Source of the DNA: an uncultured Oscillospiraceae bacterium | Lineage (GTDB): Bacteria; Bacillota; Clostridia; Oscillospirales; Acutalibacteraceae | DNA length: 40,683 bases | Direction: 5' to 3' | Assembly (NCBI GenBank): GCA_900553525.1 | Contig: USDZ01000001.1 | Location: 1-40,683, forward strand | Part shown: in pieces, positions 9,988 through 19,198 of the stretch | Position numbering within the stretch: position 1 is the stretch's first letter | How the letters are laid out: every line of letters starts with the position of its first letter | Program-made: the position numbers and the translations under genes | Notes under the pieces: generated by a model | What the model saw: only the letters and a program-made list of their open reading frames with translations | What the model was told of the DNA's origin: nothing | Databases searched by the model: none

Positions 9988-10332
9988 TCAGCCTTTCTGC
10001 CGCCATTCCTCCCAAATCTTGGGACAATATCCCACGGTGGCTTTTTTTCCGTTGCGGACGATCGGCGTCCGCAGCAGCTTTGGGTTTTCCAGCAGTCTTT
10101 CCTCTTTGTCCGCCTCATAGGCGAGATAACGAATCATCTCAGCCCCTTTCGCCTTGTCATCGATGAGACAGGAAAGACCGCCCACAGCCGTACAAACGCT
10201 CCGCAATTCTCCCTTGCTGATTCCGTATTTTACCACGTCGATCCACTGGTAAGGAATACGCCGTTCCTTAAAATATCGTTCCGCTTTGGCGGTATCAAAA
10301 CACTTGGATTTTCCGAAGATCTGGATGTTCAT
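9988..10332 (-). CDS. ArsC/Spx/YffB family protein (single N-terminal Cys)
   Basis: MNIQIFGKSKCFDTAKAERYFKERRIPYQWIDV...LLRTPIV. ATG 10332 sits 8 nt after AAGGAGGA. Confidence 0.8.
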   Translation of the reverse strand: MNIQIFGKSKCFDTAKAERYFKERRIPYQWIDVVKYGISKGELRSVCTAVGGLSCLIDDKAKGAEMIRYLAYEADKEERLLENPKLLRTPIVRNGKKATVGYCPKIWEEWRQKG

Positions 10333-10346
10333 AAACGCCATCCTCC

Positions 10347-11933
10347 TTATGAACGGCTGAATTCCTCCAGAACCAGTCCCTTGTTATGGTCGAGCGCCCA
10401 TTGTATATTCCAAGAGTTGGTAAACAACAGCAATGGACGGCCCCGCATATCCTGCACTCGTTTGGTATCGGAACTCAGATCAAGGGCCTTGACATCGATA
10501 TCCTCTCCGACGATCCAGCGGATAAACTGATAAGGCAGCCCCTCCATCCGAACTTCCACGCCGTATTCATTTTTTAAACGGTATTCAAACACGTCAAGCT
10601 GCAGGGTGCCCACAACACCCACGATGACCTCCTCCATACCGCCGCCCAGTTCCTGAAAAACCTGAATAGCGCCTTCCTGAGCGATCTGGGAGGTACCTTT
10701 GATAAACTGTTTGCGCTTCATGGTGTCGGTCTGACGGACAAGAGAAAAATGCTCGGGCGCGAAAGTAGGAATTCCCTCAAAGGCAAAGGATTTCCCCGGC
10801 GCACAGACAGTATCCCCAATGGAAAAAATCCCTGGATCGAAAATGCCGAGAATATCCCCGGCATAAGCTTCGTCCACGACTTCGCGTTCCTGCGCCATCA
10901 TCTGCTGTGGCTGAGACAGACGGATTTTCTTGCCTCCCTGAACATGAAAAACCTCTTGTCCCTTCTCAAACTTGCCGGAACAGATGCGCATGAAAGCCAC
11001 CCGATCCCGATGGGCTTTATTCATGTTCGCCTGAATCTTAAAGACAAAAGCGGAAAAGTCCGGGCTGAAGGGGTCGATATCCCCGGCAGAAGAATGACGG
11101 GACAGCGGAGGTGTGGTCATCCTGAGAAAGTCCTCCAGGAAGGGCTCTACCCCGAAATTGGTCAGCGCCGATCCAAAAAATACAGGAGACAGCTTGCCAT
11201 GACGCACCTTTTCCAGGTCGAAATCACCGCCTGCGCCGTCGAGCAACTCCACATCGTCCTGCAGCGTATGGTAAAGTTCGGAACCCAGCCGTTCTTCGAG
11301 TTGAGGATCGTCCAGCCCCGCCTCATTCGCTGCGGCCTCATGCCCGATACCATTATAAGAAAAGGAGAGTACCCGCCCTTTGTCCCGCTCGTACACCCCT
11401 TTGAAATCCTTGCCGGAACCGATGGGCCAATTGATTGGATAGGTAGCGATTCCAAGCACTTGTTCGATTTCCTGCATCAGTTCGTAAGGATCCCGGGCCT
11501 CCCGGTCCATTTTATTGATAAAGGTGAAGATGGGGATATCCCGCATCACACAGACCTTAAACAACTTGATGGTCTGTTTTTCTACGCCCTTGGAGCCATC
11601 GATTACCATAACCGCGGAATCGGCCGCCATCAGAGTGCGGTAGGTGTCCTCCGAAAAATCCTCGTGGCCGGGAGTATCAAGAATATTGATGCAATACCCC
11701 TCATAATGAAACTGCATGACGGAAGAGGTCACGGAAATCCCACGCTGCTTTTCAATTTCCATCCAGTCGGAGACCGCGTGCTTCATGGATTTTTTCCCCT
11801 TAACCATGCCGGCTGCCTGTATGGCGCCTCCGTACAGCAGCAACTTTTCGGTCAAGGTGGTCTTCCCCGCGTCAGGGTGAGAAATGATGGCGAAAGTTCG
11901 CCGCTTTTGGATTTCATCTACATAATTCTGCAA
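10347..11933 (-). CDS. prfC: Peptide chain release factor 3
   Basis: RRTFAIISHPDAGKTTLTEKLLLYGGAIQ G-domain and full-length RF3 architecture. TTG start after GGAGGA. Confidence 0.95.
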   Translation of the reverse strand: MQNYVDEIQKRRTFAIISHPDAGKTTLTEKLLLYGGAIQAAGMVKGKKSMKHAVSDWMEIEKQRGISVTSSVMQFHYEGYCINILDTPGHEDFSEDTYRTLMAADSAVMVIDGSKGVEKQTIKLFKVCVMRDIPIFTFINKMDREARDPYELMQEIEQVLGIATYPINWPIGSGKDFKGVYERDKGRVLSFSYNGIGHEAAANEAGLDDPQLEERLGSELYHTLQDDVELLDGAGGDFDLEKVRHGKLSPVFFGSALTNFGVEPFLEDFLRMTTPPLSRHSSAGDIDPFSPDFSAFVFKIQANMNKAHRDRVAFMRICSGKFEKGQEVFHVQGGKKIRLSQPQQMMAQEREVVDEAYAGDILGIFDPGIFSIGDTVCAPGKSFAFEGIPTFAPEHFSLVRQTDTMKRKQFIKGTSQIAQEGAIQVFQELGGGMEEVIVGVVGTLQLDVFEYRLKNEYGVEVRMEGLPYQFIRWIVGEDIDVKALDLSSDTKRVQDMRGRPLLLFTNSWNIQWALDHNKGLVLEEFSRS

Positions 11934-12050
11934 ACCCAGAATCCTCCATCCTTCGGAAACCCCGATTCCATCGATTCCGCATTATAGCTTAAAGACGGAT
12001 CGTGGTTTGGTCTCCAAACTCTATCATTTTAACCTTTTTACGGGCAATAA

Positions 12051-13394
12051 TCAAGGATTTTCTCGGTTTGCCGACTGCTCGCGCAAAAAACGGAGCAAAG
12101 ACTCCCGCTCATTCGGCAATTGCCCATCCATCACCTGTTCCGTTAGAGAGGCCAGCGCTTTTCCAATCTCCGGCCCTTCAGGAATCCCACAGGCAATCAC
12201 ATCATTGCCGTCAACGGCCAAATCCCGCACCGAGAAACAGGCCCCTTCTGCGAGAATCTGGTCGAGGCATTGTCCCAGGGATTCCACGACCTCCAAAGAA
12301 GCGGACACCACTGAGGGTGCATGCCCTATCGCATCGCCTCGCCTGACCTCGAGCAAGAGACGGAATTCCTCTTCTCCAAGCCGTCTCAGCCATCGTTTGA
12401 CGGCGGGCGGCTCGGCGGGAATAGGCGTATCGTGATACCTAATCAGTCGGACAACCGTCTCCCGCGTTTTTCGATCATATTTTAAAGCGCGAAGCGCCTT
12501 CTCCGCAATGGAGACGCCTGCAGTCGCGTGGCCATAGAAGTGGCCGTGCCCTTCCTCGTCATAGGTAAAGCAGGCAGGTTTTCCGGCATCGTGGAATAAT
12601 AAAGCCAAGCGGACGAGAGGAGCCGGAATACTGGCATTCATACTTGCGACCGTATGGCACCAGACATCAAGATGATGATAAATGCTGTACTGCCGAAATC
12701 CGACCATCGGTGCAATAAAAGGCAAAAAGACCGCTAGTACATCCGGATATTCCGTCAAAATACGCGCCGCACCGGGGGCGACAATCAGACGGTCAAGTTC
12801 GGCACGCAGGCGCTCCATCGCGACAAAGCGAAGTTCTTCCCGCCTGCTGTGCAGGGCCACAGAAGTCAAAGGATCGACCCGCAGCTCATAGGCGGCGGCG
12901 AAGCGCAGGGCCCGCATCAGACGAAGCGCATCCTCCTCGAACCGCTCATTGGGTTCCCCCACGGTTTTTAAGAGCCGGCTCTCCAGATCTCCTTTTCCGC
13001 CGAATGGATCGCGAAGTCCCCGTTCCGGATGCCAGGCCATGGCGTTGATGGTAAAGTCTCGTCGGGACAGATCATCGAGGAGGTTGGAAGTGAAACGGAC
13101 GCCGTCCGGACGCCGGTGGTCACTATATAGGCCGTCCACCCGATAGGTTGTGATTTCCAGTGGAAGATCGTCCACAATGACCGTTAGGGTTCCGTGGGAA
13201 GTCCCGGTCTCGATGATGCGGAAACCGGAAAACACCATCCGCATTTCCTCCGTCAAAGCCGTGGTACAAATGTCCCAGTCGTGGGGGACGAGGCCGAGCA
13301 AGCCGTCCCGCACGCAGCCACCCACAGCGTAGGCCTCAAACCCCTGTTCCTCCAACAGCCGGATAGCGGTCGTTACCTGCATCGGACAAAGCAT
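12051..13394 (-). CDS. cca: CCA-adding tRNA nucleotidyltransferase with HD domain
   Basis: AYAVGGCVRD nucleotidyltransferase motif, the RRDFTINA motif, and an HD domain LLFHDAGK. ATG 13394 follows GGGGAG. Confidence 0.85.
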   Translation of the reverse strand: MLCPMQVTTAIRLLEEQGFEAYAVGGCVRDGLLGLVPHDWDICTTALTEEMRMVFSGFRIIETGTSHGTLTVIVDDLPLEITTYRVDGLYSDHRRPDGVRFTSNLLDDLSRRDFTINAMAWHPERGLRDPFGGKGDLESRLLKTVGEPNERFEEDALRLMRALRFAAAYELRVDPLTSVALHSRREELRFVAMERLRAELDRLIVAPGAARILTEYPDVLAVFLPFIAPMVGFRQYSIYHHLDVWCHTVASMNASIPAPLVRLALLFHDAGKPACFTYDEEGHGHFYGHATAGVSIAEKALRALKYDRKTRETVVRLIRYHDTPIPAEPPAVKRWLRRLGEEEFRLLLEVRRGDAIGHAPSVVSASLEVVESLGQCLDQILAEGACFSVRDLAVDGNDVIACGIPEGPEIGKALASLTEQVMDGQLPNERESLLRFLREQSANRENP

Positions 13395-13561
13395 CGTCTT
13401 CTCCCCTTTTCTTTTGAAAATTTTTCTTGATTTTTCAGAATCCGTCATCCAGCGTTTCCCGTGCCTATATGTTCTCATTCCGTCCACACTAACTGTGGAA
13501 AGAAGTCTATGCGGATTTCTGCATGGGCTTTTTCCAGTTCACGGATGAAAGAGGGAGCCAA

Positions 13562-13741
13562 ATGGGACAAGATACGTTTAGCGGTCCCGGCATTTCAGCG
13601 TATCTGCGCGGGGGAAATCCGTTTGACGACATCAGCCGGCTGCCGGAAGAGATACAAGAGCAGATTAACGCGCACGCCGAAGAATTCCGTACCGAACAGG
13701 ACATCCGACAATTTGTACAAAATTTGGCCATGCGGGCTTGA
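13562..13741 (+). CDS. Small hypothetical protein (59 aa), first of a tandem paralogous pair
   Basis: Internal ATG 13562 lies behind AGAGGGAG. It resembles the next small ORF: LPEEIQEQI...EEFRTEQDIRQFVQNL versus LPPFVQETL...EMNTVQELKCCAENL. Confidence 0.5.
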   Translation: MGQDTFSGPGISAYLRGGNPFDDISRLPEEIQEQINAHAEEFRTEQDIRQFVQNLAMRA

Positions 13742-13756
13742 GAGGAGGGATGGAGC

Positions 13757-13930
13757 ATGGAACAAAACCGGAATCAGCCGTCGGTATGCAAAAACCAGGA
13801 AATGCAGCAGTATTTCAACACCCTGCCCCCATTTGTACAGGAGACGCTTACGCAGTCCGGCCCTGAAATGAATACCGTACAGGAATTGAAATGCTGTGCA
13901 GAGAATCTGATGAAAAAACAGAACGGATGA
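13757..13930 (+). CDS. Small hypothetical protein (57 aa), second of the tandem pair; below the ORF-track length cut-off
   Basis: ATG 13757 lies 8 nt after AGGAGG. Translation: MEQNRNQPSVCKNQEMQQYFNTLPPFVQETLTQSGPEMNTVQELKCCAENLMKKQNG. TGA at 13928-13930. Confidence 0.5.
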   Translation: MEQNRNQPSVCKNQEMQQYFNTLPPFVQETLTQSGPEMNTVQELKCCAENLMKKQNG

Positions 13931-13973
13931 TTTTCTGCGCCTCCCAAGATTTCAATCTCCTCAAAAAACACGG

Positions 13974-14002
13974 GAAGACCGGACGGTTTTCGTCCGGTCT
14001 TC
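13974..14002. terminator. Stem-loop, probably a bidirectional terminator
   Basis: GAAGACCGGACG-gtttt-CGTCCGGTCTTC, a 12-bp perfect stem. The minus strand has TTTTTT 5 nt after the stem. The plus strand has only TT. Confidence 0.5.
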
Positions 14003-14279
14003 TTGCATTCCAGATACTTGTGGAATGTTTAACCATACGGCATCCGCCTCGTTTCATAGTACGGCATAAATTTCCGCCTGTCAAGAAACCGGTCTGTTCG
14101 GATCATGAAAAATCATACACAGTTTGTCCATTTCCGCATAAGCTGCTAAAGGGGATAAAGGGCATCTCTAGAAAAGGAAAGGAGCGCAGAAAGTCCCATG
14201 TTAAATCCTTCTGAATACGCCGGAGGACGGAACGGAACGGGAATGCCGTAACAGGCGAAAAACGAAATACTCTGGATCT

Positions 14280-14334
14280 GCATCATACACGAAATTTCAC
14301 TCTCTATGAAACACGGCTGGCATGATACACGAAA
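14280..14334. repeat. Direct repeat GCATSATACACGAAA x2 (14/15 identical, 40 bp start to start)
   Basis: 14280-14294 GCATCATACACGAAA and 14320-14334 GCATGATACACGAAA, inside a 0.7-kb region with no convincing CDS. Confidence 0.6.
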
Positions 14335-14413
14335 GAGAAACCTCTTATTTTTAAAAGCAACAAATCCTCTCCCGAACAGGCCGCCGGGATGCCTTGAAAT
14401 CACCGCCAACAAC

Positions 14414-14442
14414 GGCCGGTCGCATCCGTCATGCGGCCGGCC
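14414..14442. other. Strong GC hairpin without a U-tract
   Basis: GGCCGGTCGCAT-ccgtc-ATGCGGCCGGCC: 12 bp including one G.U pair. Confidence 0.6.
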
Positions 14443-14658
14443 TTGCTGCTGTCAGTGGCATCCCAATCCGATAAGGACGGATTTTATTTACCTCCCGGAC
14501 CATCCCGGCGTTCGCGATTGTCCGGGCGTAAATCCGCATGGGGATTCATCCATTGGTTGTTTCCACGCGATTTTTTGTTGTGTTTTTGATCTTTCGGTGC
14601 TTTCTCCATTCTTATCATCGTCTTTTTTATCGTGCCCATAGCCGTCGTGAGATATGCG

Positions 14659-15231
14659 TCACAAAATATCCAGATAGTCCAGAATGCCGTCATAAATCCC
14701 GCGTGCAAAACTCTGAGGATCGGATGAAAGCAGTTCCGCATCGTATGGATTGGTCAAAAAACCCATTTCCACCAGTACGGCTGGCATCCTGGTACGCCGT
14801 AGAACATATAAATTCGGATTGGTGCGGACCCCTCGGTTAGGCAGCCCCGTCGCATAGTTCAGCCCAGCCAGGATCTGCTCACCCAAATAATAGGCGGCGC
14901 TGCCGACGCTGTATACATAGGCTTCGCTACCGCTTGCCTCGGTGATGGCGCTCGCATTACAGTGCAGACTGATAAAATAATCCGCCCCCCAGCTGTTGGC
15001 AGCGTTTACACGGGCGGCCAGACTGGTCGCATTGCTCGTGCCCAACTGCTCGGTCGGAGAATTCCGGGACAGCCGCACCTCAAAGCGTGGGTTTTCCCGA
15101 AGCAACTCAGCCAGACGTATCCCCACCTCATAGGTGATGTCCTGTTCCCGAAGCCCATTGGCCTCGGCTCCCGCATTCGGATTTTGTGGATTATGTCCTT
15201 GATCAATAAAAATTTTATATACGATTGTCAT
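14659..15231 (-). CDS. N-acetylmuramoyl-L-alanine amidase (Amidase_3 catalytic domain only)
   Basis: IFIDQGHN...GAE...E (zinc ligands), YFISLHCNA, SEAY and VLVEMGFLTNP. No signal peptide or wall-binding repeats are visible. I prefer ATG 15231 over GTG 15240. Confidence 0.85.
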   Translation of the reverse strand: MTIVYKIFIDQGHNPQNPNAGAEANGLREQDITYEVGIRLAELLRENPRFEVRLSRNSPTEQLGTSNATSLAARVNAANSWGADYFISLHCNASAITEASGSEAYVYSVGSAAYYLGEQILAGLNYATGLPNRGVRTNPNLYVLRRTRMPAVLVEMGFLTNPYDAELLSSDPQSFARGIYDGILDYLDIL

Positions 15232-15463
15232 GCTCTCCACTCTCCTTTATATCTCTGCTCCAGTCTATGCCGGACGAGGAGAGGTTGTTTCTATTTTGTC
15301 CGCGGGATCAACGTGGAACCCCGAACAACCATTTTAGCCGTCCTTATTATGCCGGAGGCATTCCTTCATGCCCGTATCCATTACCGGACAGAAAAGAACC
15401 CCGTTTGGCACATATCTTGCGAAGTGTACCCAAATGGGGCTTTGCATTATATACGACGCTCTG

Positions 15464-15868
15464 TCAAAACAGGGAGTCAAAATCCGTCAGACGGTTTCGG
15501 ATCCTTTCGCACACCGTCTCCAGGCGGTCCATGGGAATTTGTGCGAGAAAGACACAGGTTATACCGTCTATATCGCTGTCCGGCGGTAAAACCGCATCAA
15601 AATACAGGCGTACGGTTTCCGCGTATTCCCCGTACCTGTCGGCGATCAAACGCCCATTTTCTGTCAAACAAACGGTGCCGTACCGGTTTTTTTGAATCCA
15701 TTGACGCTGGCAAAGGGCTTCCATCATACGATGGACGCTCGGTTTCGATATACCCAGTTTTTCCGCTATATGCACACAGCGGATACCGCCTTCTTCCCGA
15801 TCCAGCCTTCTGAGGATCAAAAGATACCGAATCGTGGAAGCGGTCAGTGCCTGTCCATGTTCCGTCAT
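15464..15868 (-). CDS. DtxR/MntR family metal-dependent transcriptional regulator (short, 134 aa)
   Basis: N-terminal wHTH IRYLLILRRLDREEGGIRCVHIAEKLGISKPSVHRMMEAL followed by the LTENGRLIADRY dimerisation helix. It lies at the 3' end of the feo operon. Confidence 0.8.
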   Translation of the reverse strand: MTEHGQALTASTIRYLLILRRLDREEGGIRCVHIAEKLGISKPSVHRMMEALCQRQWIQKNRYGTVCLTENGRLIADRYGEYAETVRLYFDAVLPPDSDIDGITCVFLAQIPMDRLETVCERIRNRLTDFDSLF

Positions 15869-15929
15869 ATCTTACCCCCGTCAAAAAGGCACGGGAGACG
15901 CCGGCGAATGCCCTGCGCCTCCCGTGCTC

Positions 15930-16103
15930 TCACTTTTTTTGATGACATCTGCCACCCATCGGACAGTTTGAGCAGCTGCTGCCGCAGGAGGATTTTCCCT
16001 TCTTTTTGTTTCTGACCATGTACGCAAGTATCGCCACAACCACCGCAAGCAACAGAACTCCCACCAGCAAGGTCGCGATATTATTCAGTATCCATGTCCA
16101 CAT
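15930..16103 (-). CDS. FeoB-associated Cys-rich membrane protein
   Basis: MWTWILNNIATLLVGVLLLAVVVAILAYMV (one TM) followed by KKKGKSSCGSSCSNCPMGGRC. GGGAGGA lies 6 nt upstream of ATG 16103. Confidence 0.75.
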   Translation of the reverse strand: MWTWILNNIATLLVGVLLLAVVVAILAYMVRNKKKGKSSCGSSCSNCPMGGRCHQKK

Positions 16104-16130
16104 ACGAAATCCTCCCATTGGACTGATTCA

Positions 16131-18584
16131 CTATTTGATTCTCACAGGTTTGGAGAGTTTTTCCGACTCTTTATACGGACGGAAAAGGAGATACAAGATA
16201 AGAGCCACGATGGCAAAAGCGACGATAGAACCGATGATGTTGCCGTGTCCGGTAAACAACATACCGAGCTGGTACACGACCAGAGAGACCGCATAGGCGA
16301 AAACACATTGATAACCGATCGCAAAGAAGGTCCATTTCGCCGAATTCATCTCCCGTTTGATCGCGCCCATCGCCGCAAAGCAGGGAGCGCAGAGCAAATT
16401 GAAGATCAGGAAGGAATACGCAGAGAGAGGCGTGAAAACTTCGCGCATATTTGCCCAAATCTGCCAACCGTTTTCCGCTACCTCGTCAAACCCTCCGAAG
16501 AGGACACCAAAGGTTCCGACAACATTCTCTTTCGCTATCAAGCCGGTGATGGTCGCGACGGCGCTCTGCCATTCGCCCCAGCCGAGGGGGATAAAAATCC
16601 ACTCGATGGCGCTCCCGATGACGGCCAGGATGGAATTGTTGAGATCCGTCACCATACCAAAGCTGCCGTTTTCGAAACCGAAGGCCTGAAGGAACCAGAG
16701 CAGGATGGCGGACAACAGAATGACCGTCCCCGCCTTCTTGATAAAAGACCAGGCTCGTTCCCACATCGAACGCAATACGTTGCCCACCGTGGGCAAGTGA
16801 TAGGCCGGGAGTTCCATAACAAAGGGCGCGGGGTCTCCTGAAAACATTCTGGTTTTTTTCAACATAATTCCCGACACAATGATAGCCGCGATTCCGACAA
16901 AATAGGCACTGGGCGCCACCCACCAAGCGCCTCCAAACAGGGCGCCGGAGATCAGAGCGATGATCGGCAATTTGGCTCCGCAAGGAATAAAGGTGGTCGT
17001 CATGATGGTCATGCGGCGATCCCGCTCGTTTTCAATGGTACGGGACGCCATAACCCCCGGTATGCCGCATCCCGTGCCGATAAGCATGGGGATAAACGAC
17101 TTGCCCGACAGCCCAAATTTGCGGAAAATGCGGTCCATAACAAAGGCGATACGCGCCATATACCCGCAGCTTTCAAGAAATGCAAGAAACAGGAAAAGCA
17201 CCAGCATCTGGGGAACAAAGCCCAATACCGCACCGACACCCCCGACGATACCGTCCAGGATCAATCCCTGCAGCCAGTCCGCACAGTGAATGGCGGTCAG
17301 GCCGTTCGAAATCAGAACCGGAATGCCGGGAACCCATACGCCGTATTCTGCTGGATCCGGCTCCTCAAGTTCGGCCGCCTCCAGGTAGGAATCGTAGGTA
17401 ACGGGAATTTCTTTCTCGATGTTGCCTTCGTCGTCATACAGATAAGCGGTGGTGGTCAGAGAGGCCGCGGCCTCCGGAATAAGGACGGTCTTCTCATCAC
17501 TGGAGGCTTCCTCGTCCACAGCGCCGGCTTCTGCCGCCGCCGATTCAAACGCTTCCACGACAGCACCCGGTTCCACATAAGCCTCCGCCGCTTCTTCGTA
17601 GGCAGAGGAACCGATTCCAAACAAATGCCAGCCCTCTCCGAACACGCCGTCGTTAGCCCAGTCGGTTGCCCAGGTCCCTACGGTTGTCACCGACACGTAG
17701 TATACGATAAACATGACGACTGCGAAAATCGGCAGTGCCGCCCATCGGTTTGTGACAACTTTATCGATTTTGTCCGAAGTGGACAGTTTACCCGCACTTT
17801 TCTTTTTATAGCAGCCTTTCAGCAGAGAAGCGATGTAAAGATAACGTTCATTGGTGATGATACTCTCCGCATCGTCGTCGCATTCTTCTTCCGCCGCCCG
17901 AATATCCTGCTCAATATGGTCCAGGACATCCTGGCTCAGACCCAATTGGGCGAGGACTTTGTCATCTCTCTCAAAAATCTTGATGGCATACCACCGCTGC
18001 TGTTCAGCCGGCATATGATGTACAGCCGCTTCTTCAATATGGGCCAGGGCGTGTTCCACCACCCCGGAAAAAGTATGCATCGGTACCGTTTTGCTCGATT
18101 TTGCGGCTTCCACGGCCGCTTGGGCGGCCTCCTTGATGCCGGTTCCCTTGAGGGCTGAAATTTCTATAATGGTGCAACCTAGTTCCCGGGAAAGTTCGGT
18201 CACATCGATCTTGTCGCCGTTCTTTTTCACCACGTCCATCATATTGATGGCAACGACGACTGGAATTCCCAATTCGGTGAGCTGCGTGGTCAAATACAAA
18301 TTTCTTTCCAAATTGGTGCCGTCAACAATGTTTAGAATCGCATCCGGCCGTTCTCCAATCAGATAATTGCGAGCCACCACTTCCTCCAATGTATAGGGAG
18401 AAAGCGAGTAGATGCCGGGCAGGTCGGTGATCGTGACACCGTCGTATTTTTTAAGTTTGCCTTCCTTTTTCTCGACGGTAACACCCGGCCAGTTTCCCAC
18501 AAATTGGTTTGAACCGGTGAGTGCGTTGAACAGGGTTGTTTTACCACTGTTGGGGTTGCCTGCTAGGGCAATTCTTAACTCCAT
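16131..18584 (-). CDS. feoB: Ferrous iron transporter B with a ~100-aa acidic loop insertion
   Basis: G-domain GNPNSGKTTLFN, DLPG and NMMD, plus a polytopic C-terminal gate domain. 817 aa. Confidence 0.95.
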   Translation of the reverse strand: MELRIALAGNPNSGKTTLFNALTGSNQFVGNWPGVTVEKKEGKLKKYDGVTITDLPGIYSLSPYTLEEVVARNYLIGERPDAILNIVDGTNLERNLYLTTQLTELGIPVVVAINMMDVVKKNGDKIDVTELSRELGCTIIEISALKGTGIKEAAQAAVEAAKSSKTVPMHTFSGVVEHALAHIEEAAVHHMPAEQQRWYAIKIFERDDKVLAQLGLSQDVLDHIEQDIRAAEEECDDDAESIITNERYLYIASLLKGCYKKKSAGKLSTSDKIDKVVTNRWAALPIFAVVMFIVYYVSVTTVGTWATDWANDGVFGEGWHLFGIGSSAYEEAAEAYVEPGAVVEAFESAAAEAGAVDEEASSDEKTVLIPEAAASLTTTAYLYDDEGNIEKEIPVTYDSYLEAAELEEPDPAEYGVWVPGIPVLISNGLTAIHCADWLQGLILDGIVGGVGAVLGFVPQMLVLFLFLAFLESCGYMARIAFVMDRIFRKFGLSGKSFIPMLIGTGCGIPGVMASRTIENERDRRMTIMTTTFIPCGAKLPIIALISGALFGGAWWVAPSAYFVGIAAIIVSGIMLKKTRMFSGDPAPFVMELPAYHLPTVGNVLRSMWERAWSFIKKAGTVILLSAILLWFLQAFGFENGSFGMVTDLNNSILAVIGSAIEWIFIPLGWGEWQSAVATITGLIAKENVVGTFGVLFGGFDEVAENGWQIWANMREVFTPLSAYSFLIFNLLCAPCFAAMGAIKREMNSAKWTFFAIGYQCVFAYAVSLVVYQLGMLFTGHGNIIGSIVAFAIVALILYLLFRPYKESEKLSKPVRIK

Positions 18585-18674
18585 ATGGCTTTCCTCTCTT
18601 TCCTCAATCAGAAGCGTTCGGTAAGTTTCAACTAACTACCTTCCAAAAAAGAGGAGGGTCCTCCCTCTCCCAGG

Positions 18675-18896
18675 TCATACGACCTCAATCATGTCCGCAT
18701 CCGACTTTCGGATAGAAAGCTCATAACCGCGGACCGTAACTTCGACCGGATCTCCCAAAGGCGCCACCTTGCGAATATGGACTTCGACCCCCTTGGTTAT
18801 CCCCATGTCCATGATACGCCGCTTGACAGCCCCTTCGCCATGAAGCCTGACAACCTTGACCGTATCGCCGATTTTAGCTTGTTTGAGTGTTTTCAT
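18675..18896 (-). CDS. feoA: FeoA family protein
   Basis: LKQAKIGDTVKVVRL...RRIMDMGITKGVEVHIRKVAPLGDPVEV is a typical FeoA SH3-like domain. Confidence 0.85.
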   Translation of the reverse strand: MKTLKQAKIGDTVKVVRLHGEGAVKRRIMDMGITKGVEVHIRKVAPLGDPVEVTVRGYELSIRKSDADMIEVV

Positions 18897-18933
18897 GCGA
18901 TTTTCCTCCTCCCATCGTCTATATGCAAAATCA

Positions 18934-19146
18934 TCATATCATGATTTTTTGCGCCATTTCTTTACTGATTGCGACGCGGGACTCTTTGACGTTGACAATG
19001 ACATTCCCGCCGAGAGTCGTGATCACGGTCACATTTCCCCCCACGACAAAACCGAGGTTTTCCAAGTGCTTTCTCACCTCGGGTTTGCCTCCGACCTTTT
19101 TGATGGTGTTTTCTTCACCGATCTGTGCAAGCGCCAGCGGCATCAT
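18934..19146 (-). CDS. feoA: FeoA family protein (second copy)
   Basis: LALAQIGEENTIKKVGG...RKHLENLGFVVGGNVTVI. RBS GGAAGGA. Confidence 0.85.
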   Translation of the reverse strand: MMPLALAQIGEENTIKKVGGKPEVRKHLENLGFVVGGNVTVITTLGGNVIVNVKESRVAISKEMAQKIMI

Positions 19147-19198
19147 CCTGCATCCTTCCCTATATCCACCATGCGTTTTAATTATCTTATACGTAGGA

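Noticed and set aside
9197-10120. 307-aa plus-strand ORF, with several 70-210 aa ORFs around it
   Set aside because: It lies antisense to the well-supported mutY and arsC-like genes. It is rich in Arg, Pro, Gly and Ser, as is typical of shadow ORFs in GC-rich coding DNA. I see no RBS or recognisable motif.
10749-11987. 412-aa plus-strand ORF
   Set aside because: It is entirely antisense to prfC, whose identity is unambiguous. It has shadow-frame composition.
14962-15813. 283-aa plus-strand ORF spanning the amidase and DtxR-like genes
   Set aside because: It is antisense to two motif-supported genes and crosses their intergenic region. No family resemblance is visible.
17286-18158. 290-aa plus-strand ORF inside feoB
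   Set aside because: It is an antisense shadow of feoB.
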